64,000 nucleotides of DNA, taken from the NCBI GenBank assembly GCA_031285625.1, contig JAITVV010000093.1:64001-128000 (forward strand), given 5' to 3'. This DNA is from Prevotella sp. GTDB lineage: Bacteria; Bacteroidota; Bacteroidia; Bacteroidales; Dysgonomonadaceae. The notes beneath the pieces are model-generated. The model worked only from the letters and a program-made list of their open reading frames with translations. It was not told where the DNA came from and did no database searches. This document shows, piece after piece, positions 61,409 to 64,000 of this stretch; positions within the stretch are counted from its first letter, which is position 1, and each line of letters opens with the position of its first letter. The translations under genes were made by a program, and so were the position numbers.

Positions 61409-61422
61409 TGCAATCGTTTGCA
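61409..61422. promoter_or_regulatory. LacI-family operator-like palindrome upstream of GH13
   Basis: TGCAATCGTTTGCA matches TGnAAnCGnTTnCA. Confidence 0.65.
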
Positions 61423-61522
61423 ATCTTTTTTAGTCAAGATAAGAATTGTAAGCAATAATGGTTCAAATAAATAGCATAGTTTTGCTGTTGATAAATCTAT
61501 ATCAATCTAATAATTTAAAACC

Positions 61523-63415
61523 ATGAAATTTTTACGATTATTTCTTCCATTTCTATTTTTTATACTTTTAGCTTGCAGTGATGATTCCACTCCAAACATC
61601 ACTATACCGGAACCTGGAACAGTACCTGCACAATTACGTGATGGTATAAATATCATTAGTGATGATTCACTTGGTTTCGTACTATTTGCACCTAAGAAAG
61701 AAACAGTACATCTTATTGGTGATTTTAACAACTGGCAGGTCTCAGACTCATATAAGATGAAAAAAGACGGGGATCGTTTCTGGATAAAAATTGGAAATTT
61801 GGAAAAAGGAAAAGAATATGTTTGTCAATACTTAATAGATAATTCTATAAAAATAGCAGATCCCTATGCCTCAAAAATAGCAGATCCGTGGAATGATAAA
61901 GATATATCAAGCACAATATATCCCAGCTTAATATCCTATCCTACAGGCAAAACAACCGAAATAGCAATGGTTGTAAATACAGCGCCAGCATCATATTCAT
62001 GGAAAGTAGCAAACTTTAAAATAGACAAACCTGAAAGTATGGTTATTTATGAAATACTCATCCGTGACTTTACAACTGATGGAAGCATAAAGGCCGTTCA
62101 GGGGAAACTTAATAGTCTAAAGCAATTGGGTATAAACGCCATAGAGTTAATGCCTTTTAATGAGTTTGAGGCAAATAACAGCTGGGGATATAATCCCTCA
62201 TTCTATTTTGCAACAGATAAAGCTTATGGCACATCCAATGATTATAAAGCTTTTATTGATGCATGCCACTCAAACGGTATCGCTGTAATTATGGATATGG
62301 TACTGAATCATAGTTATGGACAGAGTCCTATGGTAAGAATGTATCAGGATGCAAACAACAGTCCTACAGCCGATAATCCATGGTATAATCAAAAATCGAA
62401 CTTCGCAAACCCAGATGCACAGTGGGGGTATGACTTTAATCATGAAAGTAAATACACCCAGGCATTTGTGGATAGCGTTTGCGCATATTGGATGAAGGAA
62501 TATAAAGTAGACGGATTCCGTTTCGATTTCACAAAAGGTTTTTCTAATACATCATATCCGGCATCCGGTGCTGGTAGCTGGGGAGAACCATACGATGCCG
62601 CACGTATAAAAAATCTGAAACGCATCTATAATGAAATAAAGAGAAGAAATCCTGATGCCGTATTAATCTGTGAACATCTCTCTGATAACGAAGAAGAGAA
62701 AGAACTGGCCGAATACGGAATTATGCTATGGGGCAAAATGACTGAAAACTATAACGAAGCCACTATGGGATGGGGAGCCGAAGCCGGAGATTATGGACCA
62801 AAAGGAGATGTTTCGTGGACTTCATATAAAGAAAGAGGCTGGTCAAAACCCAATTTAGTAGCCTATATGGAAAGTCATGATGAAGAGAGAATTATGTTTA
62901 AGAATCAGAAATGGGGTAAAACATATGGTAACTACAATGTTACCGATCTGAAAACAGGACTTAAACGTACTGAAGCTGCTGCAGTCATACTGATGTCGTT
63001 TCCCGGACCTAAAATGATATGGCAATTCGGTGAAGTAGGATATGACGAAGAACTCAATAATGATCGTTTGGGTAAGAAACCGCCTCATTGGGAATATTAC
63101 GATGTGACGGAAAGAAAAGCTCTCTATGATGTATTTTCAAAAATGAATACACTCCGCAATTCGAACGCAGCATTTTCTACCAGCGATTATCTTGCAGATG
63201 TTAGGAATCAGTTTAAGCAAATACTTCTGAAGTCATCAGGTGGATATGTATGTGCTATTGCTAATTTTGATGTAGTGGAATTAGCGCAAGAAGTCAACTT
63301 CGGAAAAACAGGCCAGTGGGAAGATTATTTTTCCAGCAATAAATTAAATCTCACTGGTACCACACAGAATATCAAATTACAACCGGGTGAATACCGGCTA
63401 TATATAAGTAAATAA
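61523..63415 (+). CDS. GH13 alpha-amylase family lipoprotein with N-terminal CBM48-like domain
   Basis: Lipobox LA-C; IGDFNNW, WGYNP, DMVLNH, DGFRFD, ICEH, ESHDEE. Confidence 0.92.
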   Translation: MKFLRLFLPFLFFILLACSDDSTPNITIPEPGTVPAQLRDGINIISDDSLGFVLFAPKKETVHLIGDFNNWQVSDSYKMKKDGDRFWIKIGNLEKGKEYVCQYLIDNSIKIADPYASKIADPWNDKDISSTIYPSLISYPTGKTTEIAMVVNTAPASYSWKVANFKIDKPESMVIYEILIRDFTTDGSIKAVQGKLNSLKQLGINAIELMPFNEFEANNSWGYNPSFYFATDKAYGTSNDYKAFIDACHSNGIAVIMDMVLNHSYGQSPMVRMYQDANNSPTADNPWYNQKSNFANPDAQWGYDFNHESKYTQAFVDSVCAYWMKEYKVDGFRFDFTKGFSNTSYPASGAGSWGEPYDAARIKNLKRIYNEIKRRNPDAVLICEHLSDNEEEKELAEYGIMLWGKMTENYNEATMGWGAEAGDYGPKGDVSWTSYKERGWSKPNLVAYMESHDEERIMFKNQKWGKTYGNYNVTDLKTGLKRTEAAAVILMSFPGPKMIWQFGEVGYDEELNNDRLGKKPPHWEYYDVTERKALYDVFSKMNTLRNSNAAFSTSDYLADVRNQFKQILLKSSGGYVCAIANFDVVELAQEVNFGKTGQWEDYFSSNKLNLTGTTQNIKLQPGEYRLYISK

Positions 63416-63445
63416 GAAGTCAAAATGGTTAATTCCATTTTAAAT

Positions 63446-63476
63446 AAAGCTGGTTGTCGGGATGACAATCAGCTTT
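63446..63476 (+). terminator. Intrinsic terminator
   Basis: AAAGCTGGTTGTC-GGGAT-GACAATCAGCTTT. Confidence 0.7.
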
Positions 63477-63580
63477 GTGTATTTCTAAGCCTGTATGGAC
63501 TAGATTTAGCTTAATTTTTAATACTAACTTTAAACTCCCGCCTAAATTTGATATATTTGTCAAAAATAAATTGAAAGGAT

Positions 63581-64000
63581 ATGAAAAATATTTTAGGATT
63601 ATTGTTTGCCATGCTATTCTTTGCTACAGCCAGTGCGCAACGATTAGATTTAATGGATATTAATTCGGGAAAATACTATGCACGGGGCGTTCAGCCGGTA
63701 GTATCATCTGCTGATGGTGAATCTTATTTTCAGGCAGACAATAATTACACAATGATTATTAAATACTCATATAGCACAGGCTTACCTACCGACACGATAT
63801 TCGATGTGAAAAAGGCCAGGGAATCTACTATCAGTTCATTTCAGGGATTCGTCATTAGTCCTGATGAGAAAAGATTATTGGTATTTAATGATCATGAACC
63901 TATCTATCGACATTCATATAAAGCGAACTATTATTATTACGATGTTCGCCGCAATCTGATACGCAAATTAACTCAAAATAAAGAAAAACAGTCCATTCCT
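63581..64000 (+). CDS. Dipeptidyl peptidase IV (S9B) N-terminus; runs off the window
   Basis: Not in the ORF track; hand translation MKNILGLLFAMLFFATASA-QRL...SPDEKRLL...EPIYRHSYKANYYYYD, open to the window end. Confidence 0.85.
   Translation, partial: MKNILGLLFAMLFFATASAQRLDLMDINSGKYYARGVQPVVSSADGESYFQADNNYTMIIKYSYSTGLPTDTIFDVKKARESTISSFQGFVISPDEKRLLVFNDHEPIYRHSYKANYYYYDVRRNLIRKLTQNKEKQSIP

Noticed and set aside
384-63088. Many short antisense or nested ORFs in the ORF track (e.g. 392-853, 42877-43320, 56451-56954)
   Set aside because: They lie inside well-supported genes, show no motifs and look like reverse-frame shadows
63475-63663. 62-aa ORF in the track
   Set aside because: It overlaps the promoter and start of the DPP-IV gene at 63581, which is in another frame
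1-64000. CRISPR array, transposase, prophage or defence system
   Set aside because: No regularly spaced repeats or corresponding protein motifs were seen on reading the window

Overview
AT-rich core chromosome segment from a Bacteroidales bacterium (TAnnTTTG -7 promoters, no Shine-Dalgarno motifs; Dysgonomonas-like by inference only). In order: an attenuator-controlled ilv operon with two interposed envelope genes, an exported nitroreductase-family gene, lnb-like / phosphatase-like / secA, gyrA-TPR, USP, meaB, ROK kinase, GH29, purM, a small Cys-heptad secreted protein, ffs + tRNA-Thr, an MptpB-like lipoprotein, pepT, gcvT, Crp/Fnr, a Cys1-less purF, an ECF-FecR-TonB-DUF4249 locus, TetR-SMR, MacAB-TolC, NfeD-flotillin, GH3, a divergent PEPCK-like gene, fbaB, a CPA1 antiporter, a LytS pseudokinase/kinase/LytTR/DUF418 cluster, a GH13 lipoprotein and a partial DPP-IV. 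No CRISPR array, integrase or transposase was seen. The strongest leads are the lnb / pseudo-phosphatase / secA operon, the pseudokinase-kinase pair, a TolC with a ~150-aa Pro/Glu/Gln/Val/Lys-rich extension, the divergent PEPCK-like protein, and a twice-occurring intergenic inverted-repeat element. All family calls come from motif recognition by eye, not database searches.
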